Shown: positions 41,791 to 61,300 of the stretch, one piece after another
Layout: each line of letters begins with the position of its first letter
How positions within the stretch are numbered: the first letter of the stretch is position 1
Assembly: GCF_009914755.1 (NCBI RefSeq)
Contig: NC_060948.1
Direction: 5' to 3' (one strand)
Length of the DNA: 64,000 nt
DNA from: the human T2T-CHM13v2.0 reference genome, Homo sapiens
Position numbers and translations under genes: made by a program
Notes under the pieces: generated by a model
Databases searched by the model: none
The model's input: only the letters and a program-made list of their open reading frames with translations
Told to the model about the DNA's origin: nothing

Positions 41791-41965
41791 TCTGTGCTCA
41801 TTAAATCTGTTTTTCTCTAGCAGAGGCAGGTTAACCATGAAACTGAAGCTTCAAGATGACTTTACTTGCCCAGGCTCCTTCTAAGTCCTCACTTTGTCTT
41901 CTGTTTCTCTAAATGGGGCCCTCTGAATAAACAAGCCTCAGATTCCCCTGGTCTTACCCCATGCC

Positions 41966-42034
41966 TCACCCTCTTCGTAATAAGTGCCTTAAGAAATTCA
42001 AGTAAGCAGAATGTTTGCTTTCACTTTGTCCCAT
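41966..42034 (-). pseudogene. Truncated gag matrix N-terminus MGQSESKHSAYLNFLRHLLRRG*
   Basis: Myristoylation-type MGQ start downstream of the PBS; similar to the HERV-K Gag N-terminus. Confidence 0.85.
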
Positions 42035-42163
42035 CATTGTTAACCTGGTTCTTCCGAGTGCTAAGCTTTCCCACCGAGCTTCTTTCAGTTATCCTCGGGT
42101 GTCCTTTGACAATGCATCCTCCGCTTTCACACGCTCTAGTGTTCCTTCACCGGGATCTTTGTT

Positions 42164-42182
42164 GCCTCACGTTGGGCAGCCA
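42164..42182 (-). promoter_or_regulatory. Primer-binding site for tRNA-Lys(CUU)
   Basis: TGGCtGCCCAACGTGaGGC versus canonical TGGCGCCCAACGTGGGGC, 4 nt from the 5' LTR. Confidence 0.9.
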
Positions 42183-42186
42183 GGAA

Positions 42187-42770
42187 TGTTGGGGTGATCG
42201 GACCCAACACCAGGTCATGGGAGCGATGAAGTCTGGTGGAGTCAAAGGAATGAGAAAAGACAGTTTGAGAGAGAAAGTGAGTTCAGGGGGCCATCGCTAA
42301 GTATGGAGGCTGTGAAGGCCCCGAGCTCTGGAAGCCCAGACTATTTATTGGTGATCAAAGAAACAGGTGGTGAGAATGTGGGGTTGAAAGGGCGCATTGC
42401 ATTAAGCACAAGATTTACAGCTGTGATGGTTTAGCATATGCTCTGCTACTTGAGATAATGGAGAGCAGGTTCTTTTAACTGAAGATACAATCAATCCTGG
42501 GAGAGCAAGGAGCAAGGAGCCAGCAAGTCTAGACACATTCCAGAGCCACGAGCCCTGGATTCTATCCAAGCCACGAGGGGTTTTATGCCCTGGGCTTAGA
42601 TTATGGTGCATCAGGGTAGCCTTCCACCCTTTAGCACAGAGCTTGGTGTTCCAAAGGCCACGAGGGGTTTTAGACCCTGGACCCCGGACATGTTCCAAGA
42701 CTCTGTTACATTATGTCAGACATGCAAGCCCTGCCTCAGCTTCTCTCCCAACACTCAGCTTTTCCCAACA
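42187..42770 (-). mobile_element. 5' LTR (LTR14-type), 584 bp
   Basis: Direct repeat of 39505-40042; minus-strand AATAAA at 42344-42349. Confidence 0.9.
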
Positions 42771-42894
42771 AAAACTACATTTACTGAAATCCCTTTATTT
42801 GTATGGTTTCATATTAGAAGAAACTGTGTGATTAGGAGGTAAAAGTAAAACAATGGCTATAATTCTTGGAGGGTCTTCATGGTCAGATACTGCT

Positions 42895-43420
42895 GATTAT
42901 CCATTGTTATGTAGCAAATTGTCCCAAGATTTAGTGGCTTATAAACTTATTATTATCTCTAATGGTTCTGTGAGTTGACTAGGTTCAGCTGAGTGGGTCT
43001 TACAGTTTGTCAGATGGTGTCTGGGGGCTGGATTTCTCTAAATAGTCAGCTGGACTGGGCCTCCAAGATGGTTCATGCACATGGTTGGATGTTGGCTGGG
43101 AATTCAGCTGGTGCTATAGACTAGAGCACTTACATGTGGCCTCATCATGTGGCTAGGGCTTCTACAGCATGGAAGCTGGATTCTTTGAGGAAGCATTCCA
43201 ATAGTGAGTGTTCTAAGTGGCAGGAATCCATTTTCATGCCAGGTAAGTGCTGTGCCCAGAACTGGTATTGTACCATTTACACCATCATCTGCTAGTCAAA
43301 GTATTCACAGTTAGTTCCAGGCCCAATGGGATGGAGAAATACACTCTACCTCTTGTTGGGGGAGTGGCAAGTCATATTGCAGAAGAGCATGTAAGATGGA
43401 ATATATTATTGCATCCATCT
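42895..43420. mobile_element. Old MLT1-type MaLR LTR
   Basis: ttagtggcttataaac..ggttctgtgagttgact..ccaagatggttc..cacttacatgtggcctc. Confidence 0.65.
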
Positions 43421-43980
43421 TTGAAAAATACAAATATACCACAAATATGGTGATGAACAGATGCAAAGGTCCCTGACAGATTCCAATTTGTCATCACTTC
43501 CTCTGCTCAGCATTTAGCTCATCTTTCCAACTGCTGACCCTGCTGACCAAAAGCAGCTCTAGATTCACAATCAAAAGCTAGGTCCCAAAGAGGTGATACC
43601 ATACACAGAGACAAAAGCTTCCCATAGGCCTCTAAATGAGCTTCCACTTCATGGTCCTACTTTTTCTCAGCATTTTGATGTATAATTGACAAATTCAAAT
43701 TGCATATATTCAAGGTGTACAATGTGATGAGTTGATATAGGTATACATTGCGTAGTGATTACTACAATCAAATTCATTAATACATCCATCACCACACAGA
43801 GTTACCATATGTAACATATGTGCATGTGTGTGTGTGCAGTTAGGGCACTCAAAAATCTGCTCTTTTACTGACTTTCAACTAAACAATAAAGTATTATTAA
43901 CTATAGTCACCATGCTGTACATTAGCTCTCCAAAACTTATTAATCTTACAACCAAAAGTTTCTACCATAGTCCTACTTTA

Positions 43981-44417
<437 letters not shown>

Positions 44418-46074
44418 TTATTACAGAATAATAGAAAACTAACACAATATCTGTAAAATATTCAGTCTTCCGATACATGACCATGGTATATCTTTCATTT
44501 ATTTACATCTTCTTTTATTTCTCTCAACAAAGTATTGTACTTTTACACATATTTAATTTATCCATCCATGTTTAATGATTTTGTATGCTTCTGTAAATGG
44601 TATTCTAAAATTTTAATTCCCAATTGTTCATTGCTTAGTACACAGAAATACAATTAATATTTTATCTTGTGACCTTATTCGCTCAAATAGCTTTTTATGT
44701 AGATTCCTCAAGACCTTATACATAGATGATTATGTCATTCGTGAATAAGAACAATTTTATTTCTACTTTTGCAATCAGTATGCCCATTATTTCTTTATTT
44801 CCCCCACCACACTGGCTAGGATTTCCAGTACTATGTTGAACAGAAATTGTAGGAATAGGCAGCCCACCTTGTTCACGATCTTAGGGAAAAATCATTCACT
44901 TTTTCACCCTTAGATATGATGTACACTGCAAGATTTTTGTACATACTTTTTGTAAGGCTGAGTTGCAGGAAGGCTTTTATTTTTTTCTCCTTTGGCTTCT
45001 TCACCCAGAGTTGGTGCTGTCTCTTCCCCATATACCTCTGGAGACCAGCAAGGGCCCAGACCCAGGGACCCTTTTTGTGCCCACACATGCTGCTGCAGCT
45101 TTACCCTGCAGTCCTCAATGTTTTGGGCCACATCTGCAAGATCAAGTAAGATGGTGACTTGGAAACACTGCATTTTGGGGATACCGAGCAAGAAGTTGAA
45201 AGGATGCTCAGGGCCCATCATGAATTGCTTATATCCAACAGAGCTATAAAAATTTTTAGTCCCTCCTCTTCCCAAAATTTCCCAGCATATTTCATTTTTT
45301 TCTTAAAATACTTAAGATCAGAGTAGAGGGGAAGAGAATAATCAGGAAGTGCAGTGAGAACTAAGTTCTGCACCAAAGCTTTATATTTACTTTGGGTTTC
45401 CAGTGAACAACTGCTCAAGCCTAACAAATTAACTTCTAATGTTTTGCTCTGCTCAAAGCTCTATATCCTCACTGCTGATGGTATTTTAGTATTGTCGGTT
45501 CTTTGATTCAGCATTCACACCATACCTTGCCTTTTGGCTGGAACCCCAGGGCTTGCCACCCCATTGCCATCATGACATGCCTTCATCCTCCCACCCAGAA
45601 GTAAATGAACAATAATCAAAGCACCATTGGGATTTTTTTTTTCAATTCTTAGCCTCATTAACAGCTAGAGAAGTGGAGGACCCTTATTCCCACCCTGGTC
45701 TGTCCATCACTGGGTAGAAACCGTTCACTATTAGATTCCGAGCAGTCTTCTCATATCGACTAACACAGCCTGCACCTATACTCATTTTCAAAACTGTCAA
45801 GAACTGTGAAGGATCTACAATTTTACCCTACTTACAAGGTAATGAGATAGCCTATTACTGTTCAATGGATGCTGGCAGAAAATATGAGGCTCCTCGATTG
45901 ATACTTGCACATGTAATGGGTTGCATTATAGGAGAGAAACACTACAACTGGGGTATTCATTTCTACAGTGAACCCCTGCATTTTGTCCAAAGGAGAGACA
46001 TAATGTCATCACTTTGGGTTGCTCACTGCAAACACAACCCTGAGAAACAACAAAGGTAAAAAGTATTCAGGACT

Positions 46075-46376
<302 letters not shown>

Positions 46377-46444
46377 TCAGGACTTTGCATTTTTGGCATA
46401 CCTAGCAAGAAGTTGAAAGGATGCTCAGGGCCCATCACAAATGT

Positions 46445-47712
46445 TAGTTTGCTAAGGACAATGGCTTCCAGCTCCATCCATGTCCTAGCAAAGGACATAA
46501 TCTCATTCTTTTTATGGCTGCATAACATTCCATGGTATATATGCACCACATTTTCTTTCTTTAGTCTATCATTGATGGGCATTTAGGTTGATTCCATGTC
46601 TTTGCTATTCTGAATGGTGCTTCAATAAATATATGCATGCATGTGTCTTTATAACAGAACAATTTATATTCCTTTGGGTATATACCCAGTAATGGTATTG
46701 CTGGGTCAAATGGTATTTCTGTCCTTAGCTCTTTGAGGAATGACTACATTATCTTCCACAATGGTTGAAATAATTTACACTCCTACATACATTTGTATAA
46801 GCGTTCTTTTTTCTCTATAACCTTGCCAGCCTCTGTTATTTTATGTCTTTTAATAATGGCCATTCTGACTGGTATTAGATGGTATCTCATTGTAGTTTTA
46901 ATTTGCATTTCTCTAATGATCAGTGATATTGAGCTTTTTTTTAATGTGATTGCTGGCCACATGCATGTCTTCTTTTGAAAAGTGTTAGTGTCCTTTGCCC
47001 ACTTTTTATGAAGTTGTTTTTTTCTTGTAAATTTGCTTAAGTTCCTTATAGATGCTGGATATTAGACCTTTGTCAGATGCATAGTTTGCAAAAATGTTCT
47101 CCCTTTCTGTAGGTTGTCTGTTTACTCTGTTGATAGTTTCTTTTGCTGTGCAGAAGCTCTTTAGTTTAATTATATCCCATTTGTCAATTTTTGTTGTTGT
47201 TGCAATTGCTTTTGGTGTTTTCGTCATAAAATCTTTGCCCATGCCTATGCCCTGAATGGTATTGCCTAGGTTGTCTTCCAGGGTTTTTATAGTCTGGGGT
47301 TTTACATTTAAGTCTTTAATCCATCTCGAGTCAATTTGTGTATATAGCATAAGGAAGGGGTGCAGTTTTAATCTTCTTCATATAGCTAGACAGTTATTCC
47401 AGCGCCATTTATTGAATAGGGCATCCTTTCTCCATTGCTTATTTTTGTCAGCTTTGTCAAAGATCAGATCATTGTAGGTATCTTGTCTTATTTCTGAGTT
47501 CTGTCTTCGGTTCTGTTGGTCTATGTGTCTGTTTTTGTACCAGTACCATGCTGTGTTGGTTACTCTATCCCTGTGGTATAATTTGAAGATGGATAGCATG
47601 ATGTCTCCAGCTTTGTTCCTTTTGCTTAGGATTGCCTTGACTAATCGGGCTATTTTTGGTTTCATGTGAATTTTAAAATAGTTTTTTCTAGTTCTGTGAA
47701 GCATCTCAATGC
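46445..47712 (-). mobile_element. L1P ORF2 3' fragment
   Basis: ORFs 47006-47350 and 47378-47704 are ORF2 pieces. Confidence 0.9.
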
Positions 47713-47737
47713 ATACTACCTGATTTTAAGAATTACT

Positions 47738-53948
<6,211 letters not shown>

Positions 53949-53958
53949 AAGAATTACT

Positions 53959-54259
<301 letters not shown>

Positions 54260-55318
54260 CTACAGTAATCAAAACAGTGTGGTTCTGGCAAAGGGATAGA
54301 CAAATAGATCAATGGAGCAAAATGAGACCATAAGTATGCCCACACAATTAGGGGTCAATTGATTTTTGGCAAAGATGCAAAAGCAATTTAGTGGAGGAAC
54401 AACAAATGATGTTGCAACAATGGTACATCGATATGCAAATGAGAAAACAAAACAAAAAGCCCTCAAGCTTAACCTCATACCTTATACAAAAATTAACTCA
54501 AAATAGACCATAGAAATAAAAATGTACAATGCACATTTATATGCAGAACCGTATTCTCTTATACCACTTGAATTTTTAAAGTAACAAAAGGAGAGTCGTA
54601 TACATCTATATATGCTCATGAATGAGTTAATACTCTGGAAGGATAGACTTGAAACCATTAGCAATTTCCTCGTGGTTGGGAAGAGAATGAATGATTTTAC
54701 TTTACATTTTATCTGTTTCTGGGATATTTCCTTCTATTAAAAAAGCATCTTTTTCTCTTATAGCAAGAAAGAAACATCTTAAAATTTTTAATTAACAAAC
54801 AATAATAATAGTATACATTATACATTTATGGGGTACAATATGATGTTTTAATTTTTTTAAAAAAAATTGACAATATCAAGTGCTGGGCAACTGGGTCTGT
54901 CATACATTACTAGGGGAATAAAAAATGGTGCATCCACTCTGCAAAATGGTTTGGTAGTTTCCTACAAAGTTAAACATAGACTTACCATGTGACTCAGCAA
55001 TTCCATTCCTGAGTTTCTGTCCTAGAGAAATGAAAACTTATGTCTGAACACCAATGCTTATACCTGCACTATTCATAATTGCCCCAAACTAGAAAGAATC
55101 CAAATGTCCTTCAATAAGTGAATACATGAATAAACTGTGGCACAACCACACAATGGAATACTACTCAGAATACAAAGCCCAAACTATTGATACACACAAC
55201 AGTTTGGATGACTCTTAAAGACATTATGTTGCATAAAAAAGCCAGTCTCAAAAGACTGCATACTGCATTATATCATTTATATAACGTTCTGAAAAAGCAA
55301 GACTATAAAGATATAGAA

Positions 55319-55644
<326 letters not shown>

Positions 55645-56269
55645 CTATAAAGTGGTAGAATGGTAGAATGAGGAAGTTTTATGTTAAAATTATTATATGT
55701 CCTGATGTAGTAGTGATAACATGTCTCCATACATGTGTTAAAATTCATAAAACTGTACATCAAGATATTTAAAAATCAATTTTTCTGGTGATTTAAAATA
55801 ATATTAAAAATATTTTAGGTTAAAATCCATTTTTAATGTTAAGTGATAAAAAGTCCACTGCTTTTCTTGCTACACCAGAAATTGAAAACACAAGTTATTT
55901 CCAGAGGTCAAACAGGTAAAATAACTGTAAGTTTTCCAGGTATAAGAAAATAGGGAATGGTAAAGACTGTGTTTGAATTATAGTGTGTGTCCTAACCGAA
56001 GACATTCAAAACCAATTAAAAACAAAGAAGCAAGACTGTGTGTACACACACACATGCACACACACACACTCTGAAGCCCCCCACACTGTATGTTGTTTTT
56101 AGATTATTTTATGTAATCATATAACTTCAACTACCATGTGAATTTTCTTTTAATGACTGCTACCCAGATCTTACCTTGAAGTTCAAACGTATTATCCTCA
56201 CATGCCTTCTGGATATCTCCAACTATATTTTTCATTGGTATTTAAAAGCTTAACATGACCAAAAATGAA

Positions 56270-58075
56270 GTAAACTGTATGGCCATCTTTTGGGCCTGAG
56301 AAACAGTCCCATAGGCTATGCCCAGTCTGAGGCTGGTAAGCAACCATGGGTTCATGCCCCCAGCTGGAGAAACAACCCTGTAGCTCCATCCCCAGGGAGT
56401 CAGACTCTAAGTTGGCTGACCCGCCATGTGCACACCTCACCACTGACCTGAGAAACAGCCTGATGAGCTGTTTCTAAAAAAGCAAAGCCACACCAGTACT
56501 GCCAGTACAAACTCTCTTAGCCTAGACCAATGAGACCCTTGCAAACATCACCGGTGTGGATTACAGCTAAAGAAACTACATGGAGACTATATTACTGCAT
56601 CCACCCAGAACCAACCCAACACACCCCACTGACCTGATCTATATGAATAAGATTATATCTTATTCAAGACCTCAAGACTCATCTATATGAATATATCTTT
56701 CCCTACAAAACCTACTCCATAAAATTGGAAGAGGTGACTTTTCCACCAGATGTGTACAAATTGACATAGGGACACATCAAACATGAAAAAGCATAGAAAC
56801 ATGACACCTCCAAGGGAACATAATAATTCTCCAGTAACAGACCCCAATCATAAGGAAATATATAAAATGTGAGAAAAAAATTCAAAATAATAATCTTAAG
56901 AAACCTCAATGAGATATAAGAGAATACAGGTAGACAATACAAAAAATCAGGAAAATAATTCATGTCTTGAATGACAAATTCAACACAGCGATAGATATCA
57001 TAAAAATGAACAAAACAGAAATCCCAGAGGTGAAGAATTCAATGAATAAAATTTAAAAAAAAGACAATTGAGGGCTTCAACAACAGATAAGACCAAGCAG
57101 AAGAAAGGAGTTCAGAGGAACTTCTGAACTTAAAGACAGGTGTTTTCAAATAACAGAGGTAGACAAAAAAAAAAGAGAATAAAGAAAGCATACAGAATGT
57201 ATGGGACAGTATTAAGCAAACAAATATTCAAATTATTGACATTCCATAAAAAGAAGGGGGGGGAAAAGGTGTATAAATATGTTTCATGAAATAATAGCTG
57301 AAAACTTCACAAGCCTTGGGAGATGGCCATCCTGAACCAGGAAACTCAAAGGTTGCCAAACAGATTAAACCTAAACAGATTCTCTGCAAGCCACATAATG
57401 TTCAAATTGTTGAAAGTTAAAGACAAAACAATAATTCTAAAAACAGCAAGAGAAGAACATCAAGTCACATATAAAGGAACCCTCATTAGACTAATAGTGG
57501 CTTTCTCAGCAAAAAATCTTACAGGCCAGAAGAGGATAGGATGATATTTTCAAAATACTGGAAAAAGAAACCGCCAGGAAAGAATAATATACACGGAAAA
57601 GCTATCCTTCAGAAATGAAGAAGAAATAAAATCTTTGATAAACAAAAATTAAAGGAACACATCAACACTAGACCAGTATTAAAAGAAATGCTCAAGGGAA
57701 TCTGACTTCTAGAAATCAAAAGACCATAACCACCATTATGAAAACATGCAAAACTGCAAAACTCACTAGTAGAGATGACACACAGAGAAAACAATCAAAC
57801 TTTATAACTACAGAAAACCACCCAACCACAAAAATAAACAATAAGAGAAGTAAAGAACAAAGGATATACAAAACAACCAGAAAAAAAATCAATAAAATAA
57901 CATAAGTCCTCATCTACCAATAATAACCTTGGATGTAAATGGATTAAATTCCCCACTTAAAAGATATAGACTGGCTGAAGGAATTTTTTAAAGACCCACC
58001 TGGATGCTACCTAAAAGAAACTCTCACCACCAGGAAGACACAGACTAAATGGGAAGAGTTGAAAAAATATATTTT
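56270..58075 (+). mobile_element. Old L1M 5'/ORF1 fragment
   Basis: ORF 57323-57544 resembles ORF1p (HIMFKLLKVKDK..VTYKGTLIRL); start of ORF2 near 57910. Confidence 0.75.
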
Positions 58076-59536
58076 AAACAGCTTGAGAAGGCAGAACAAG
58101 ATAGCCAAATATAACCCTCCAGCAATCATCCTCCTACCGGAAAACCAAATTAAATGACTATCCATGCAAGAAAGCATCTTCATAAGAACCAAAAATCAGG
58201 TGAGCAATTATAGTACCTGGTTTTAAAATAATATCAAGAAAAGAGGCACTGCAAAAGATATAAAATACAGTCTTACATTGCCTACACCACCCCTTCTCCA
58301 TCCCCCAGCAGCACACGAAGAGAGAATTTGTGTGCTTGGGGAAGCAAGAAAGAAGTGATTGTGGCACTGAGTTCCCACACTGAGTTCCAATGCTGCCCTG
58401 TTACAGCAGAACACAACACAGAGCAGAATCCTTCCAGTGCCCATGGAGGGAGCATTTAAACTAGCCCCAGCCAAAAGGGAATTCTCTGCCCCAGTGATAA
58501 AAACCCAAGTTTTGGCTAGCTCCACTGCTGGCCAATTAAAGTACCCTTTGCTCCTCAATAGGTTTAAAAGGCAGTCAGGCTACAAGAACTGCAGCCCTTG
58601 AGCAATTTCAGGTGCTGCACTGTGCTCAGAGCCAGTGAAATGGGAGTGCATATGAACCAGTGAGACATTAGCTGTGGCAGCCAAGGGAGTGCTTGTGTCA
58701 ACCCTCCCCCAACTCCAGGCAGTGCAACTCAGGGAGTGACTCCTGCTTCCATAAGGAGAGGGAAGAGCACAGAGGACTTTGTCTTGCAACATGGGTACCA
58801 GGAAAGCCACAGTTAAATAAAGCACAGAACAGATTCCTGAAGCCCCTGATTCCAGGCCCTAGTTCCTGGATAGCATTTCTAGACCCACCCTGGGCCAGAA
58901 GGGAACCTACTGCACTGAAGAGAAAGACCCAGTCCTGGCAGGATTCACCACCTGTGGAATAATGAGCCCTTGGGCCTTGAATAAACATCAGTGTTAGACA
59001 GGCAGTATCATCATGGTCCTTGGGCGAGACCCAGTACTATGTTGACTTCAGGTGTGATCCAGTGCGGTCTCAGCTGTGGTGGCCAGAGTATTGCTTGCAT
59101 CACCCTTTCCCCAACTCCAGGCATACCAGCATGGAGAGAGAGAGAGAGACTCCTTCTGTTGGGGGAAAGTGAAGGAAGAGAACTAGAGACTGCCTGGAGA
59201 ATTCTCCTGGATCTCGTCCAAGTGCACCAAGGCAGTAAGAGCCTGCAAAAGTTGCAGCATTGCTGGGGTTAGGGAGCCCCCTAGTGCAGATATGGTTGCA
59301 ATGACCAAAGACTTAGATCACAACCCTTTGAATTCCTGGAAAGCCTTGTCAAGAAGGACAAGTACATACAAGCCCAGACTGTGAAGACTAGAATAAATAC
59401 CTAATTGATGAATATTCACAAGCATCAAGAACATGTAGGAAAACATGACCTCACCAAACAAACTAAATAAGGCACCAGTGACAAATCCCAGAATAACAGA
59501 GCTATGTGACATTTCAGCAAAGGATTCAAAATAGCT

Positions 59537-59838
59537 GCTTTTTTTGGCAGGGGAGGGGGGGTGTATTGCTCTGCCGCCTAGGCTGGAGTACAGTGGTGTG
59601 ATAATAGTTCACTGTAGTCTCGAACTCCTGGGCTCAAATGATCCTCCCACCTCACCCTCCCGAGTAGCTGAGACTAGAGGTACACACCACCATGCCTGGC
59701 TAACATTTTTTAAAAATTTTGTAGACATAGGGTCTTGCTATGTTGCCCAGACTGGCCTCAAACTCCAGTTCTCAGGCAACCTTCCCATCTTGGCCTCCCA
59801 TAGTACTGGGATTATAAGCATGAGTCACTGCATCCGGC
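59537..59838 (-). mobile_element. AluJ
   Basis: gaactcctgggctcaaatgatcctcc and cttgctatgttgccca J diagnostics; TSD ~tcaaaata(g/a)ctg. Confidence 0.88.
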
Positions 59839-61109
59839 TCAAAATAACTGTTTTGAGGAAATTCAACAAATTTCAAGATAACACAGAGAAGGAATTCAGA
59901 ATCCTATCAAAGAAATTTAACAAAGAGATTGAAATAATTTTTGAAAATCAAGCAAAAGTTCTAGAGCAGAAATATTCAATTGACACACTGAAAAATGCAC
60001 CAGAGTCTCTCCACAGCAGAATTGATCAAGCAGAAGAAAGAATTAGTAAGGTCAAACAGAGGCTATAAGAAAACACAGAGAAGAAAAAAAAACAATAAAA
60101 AAAGTGAAGCATGGCTACAAGATGTAGAAAATAGCCTCAAAAGGGCAAATTTAAGATATACTTGTCTTAGAGAGGAGGTAGAGAGAGAAACTGGGGTAAA
60201 AAGTTAATTCAAAGAAATAATAACAAAGAGCATTCCAAACCTAGAGAAAGATATCAGTGTTCATGTACAAGAAGGTCACATAAAACCAGGCAGGGTTAAA
60301 CTAAATGAGACAACCTCTAGGCATTTAGTAATTAAGCTCCCAAAGGTCAAAGATGAAAACATAATCCTAAAAGCAACAATAGAAAAGAAACAAATATAGC
60401 ATAAAGAAGTAGCAATATGTCTGGCAGCAGATGTCTCAGTGGAAACCTTGCAGGCTACAAGAGACTGCTATGACATATTCAAAGTGCTGAAGGAAAAAAA
60501 CTTTTATCCTAGAATATTATATCCAGCAAAAATATCCTTCAAACATAAAGGAGAAATGAAGACTTTCTTGGACCAAAAAAAAACTAAGGGAATTCATCAA
60601 GTACACACATGAGCTACAAAAAAAAATGCTAAAGAGAGTTCTTCAATCTTAAAGAAAAGGATCCTAATAAGCAATAAGAAGTCATATGAACATACAAAAC
60701 TCACCGGTAGTAGTAAGTACGCAGACAAATATAGAATAATCTAACACTGTAATGGTGTGTAAACCACTCACATCTTGAGTAGGAAGACTAAAAGACAAAC
60801 CTATAAAAATAATAACTACAACAATGTTTTAAGAGATAGTATTAAAAGTCATAACTATAAACAACAAAAATTAAAAATCTGGGAGGGGATGGTGTTAAAG
60901 TGTATAGTTTTTATTAGTGTTCACTTTCCTTCTTTGTTTATTTGTTGTGCTTTTCTGTAATCACAGTTTAGTTGTCATCAGTTTAAAATGATTGGTTATA
61001 AGATGTTATTTCAAGACTCATGGTACCTCAAACCAAAAAATCTACAGATACACAATAAATAAAAAGCAAGAAATTAAAACCTACTACCAGAGAAAATCTC
61101 TTTTACACA

Positions 61110-61300
61110 AAGAAGGAAGGAAGGAAGAAAGGAGGAGGAGAAGCAGAAGAAGGAGAAGGAGAAGGGGAAGGGGAAGGAGAAGGAGAAGGGGAAGGGGAAG
61201 GAGAAGGAGAAGGGGAAGGAGAACGAGGGGAAGGGGAAGAGGAAGGGGAAAAGAGAGGGAGGGAGGGAGGGGATGGAGGGAGGGGGAGAGGGAGAGAGGA
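61110..61300 (+). repeat. GA-rich low-complexity repeat in the L1 inter-ORF region
   Basis: (gaagga/gaaggg)n read directly. Confidence 0.9.

Larger units (their letters stand above)
39505..42770 (-). mobile_element. Non-autonomous HERV-K14/HML-1-type provirus carrying captured TRPC6 mRNA
   Basis: TG..CA LTRs at both ends, TSD AAAAC (39500-39504 and 42771-42775), tRNA-Lys PBS, PPT, gag start and env remnants. Confidence 0.92.

Noticed and set aside
59544-60068. 174-aa ORF fusing antisense Alu to L1 ORF1
   Set aside because: Chance read-through from a non-ATG start; no splice or promoter support
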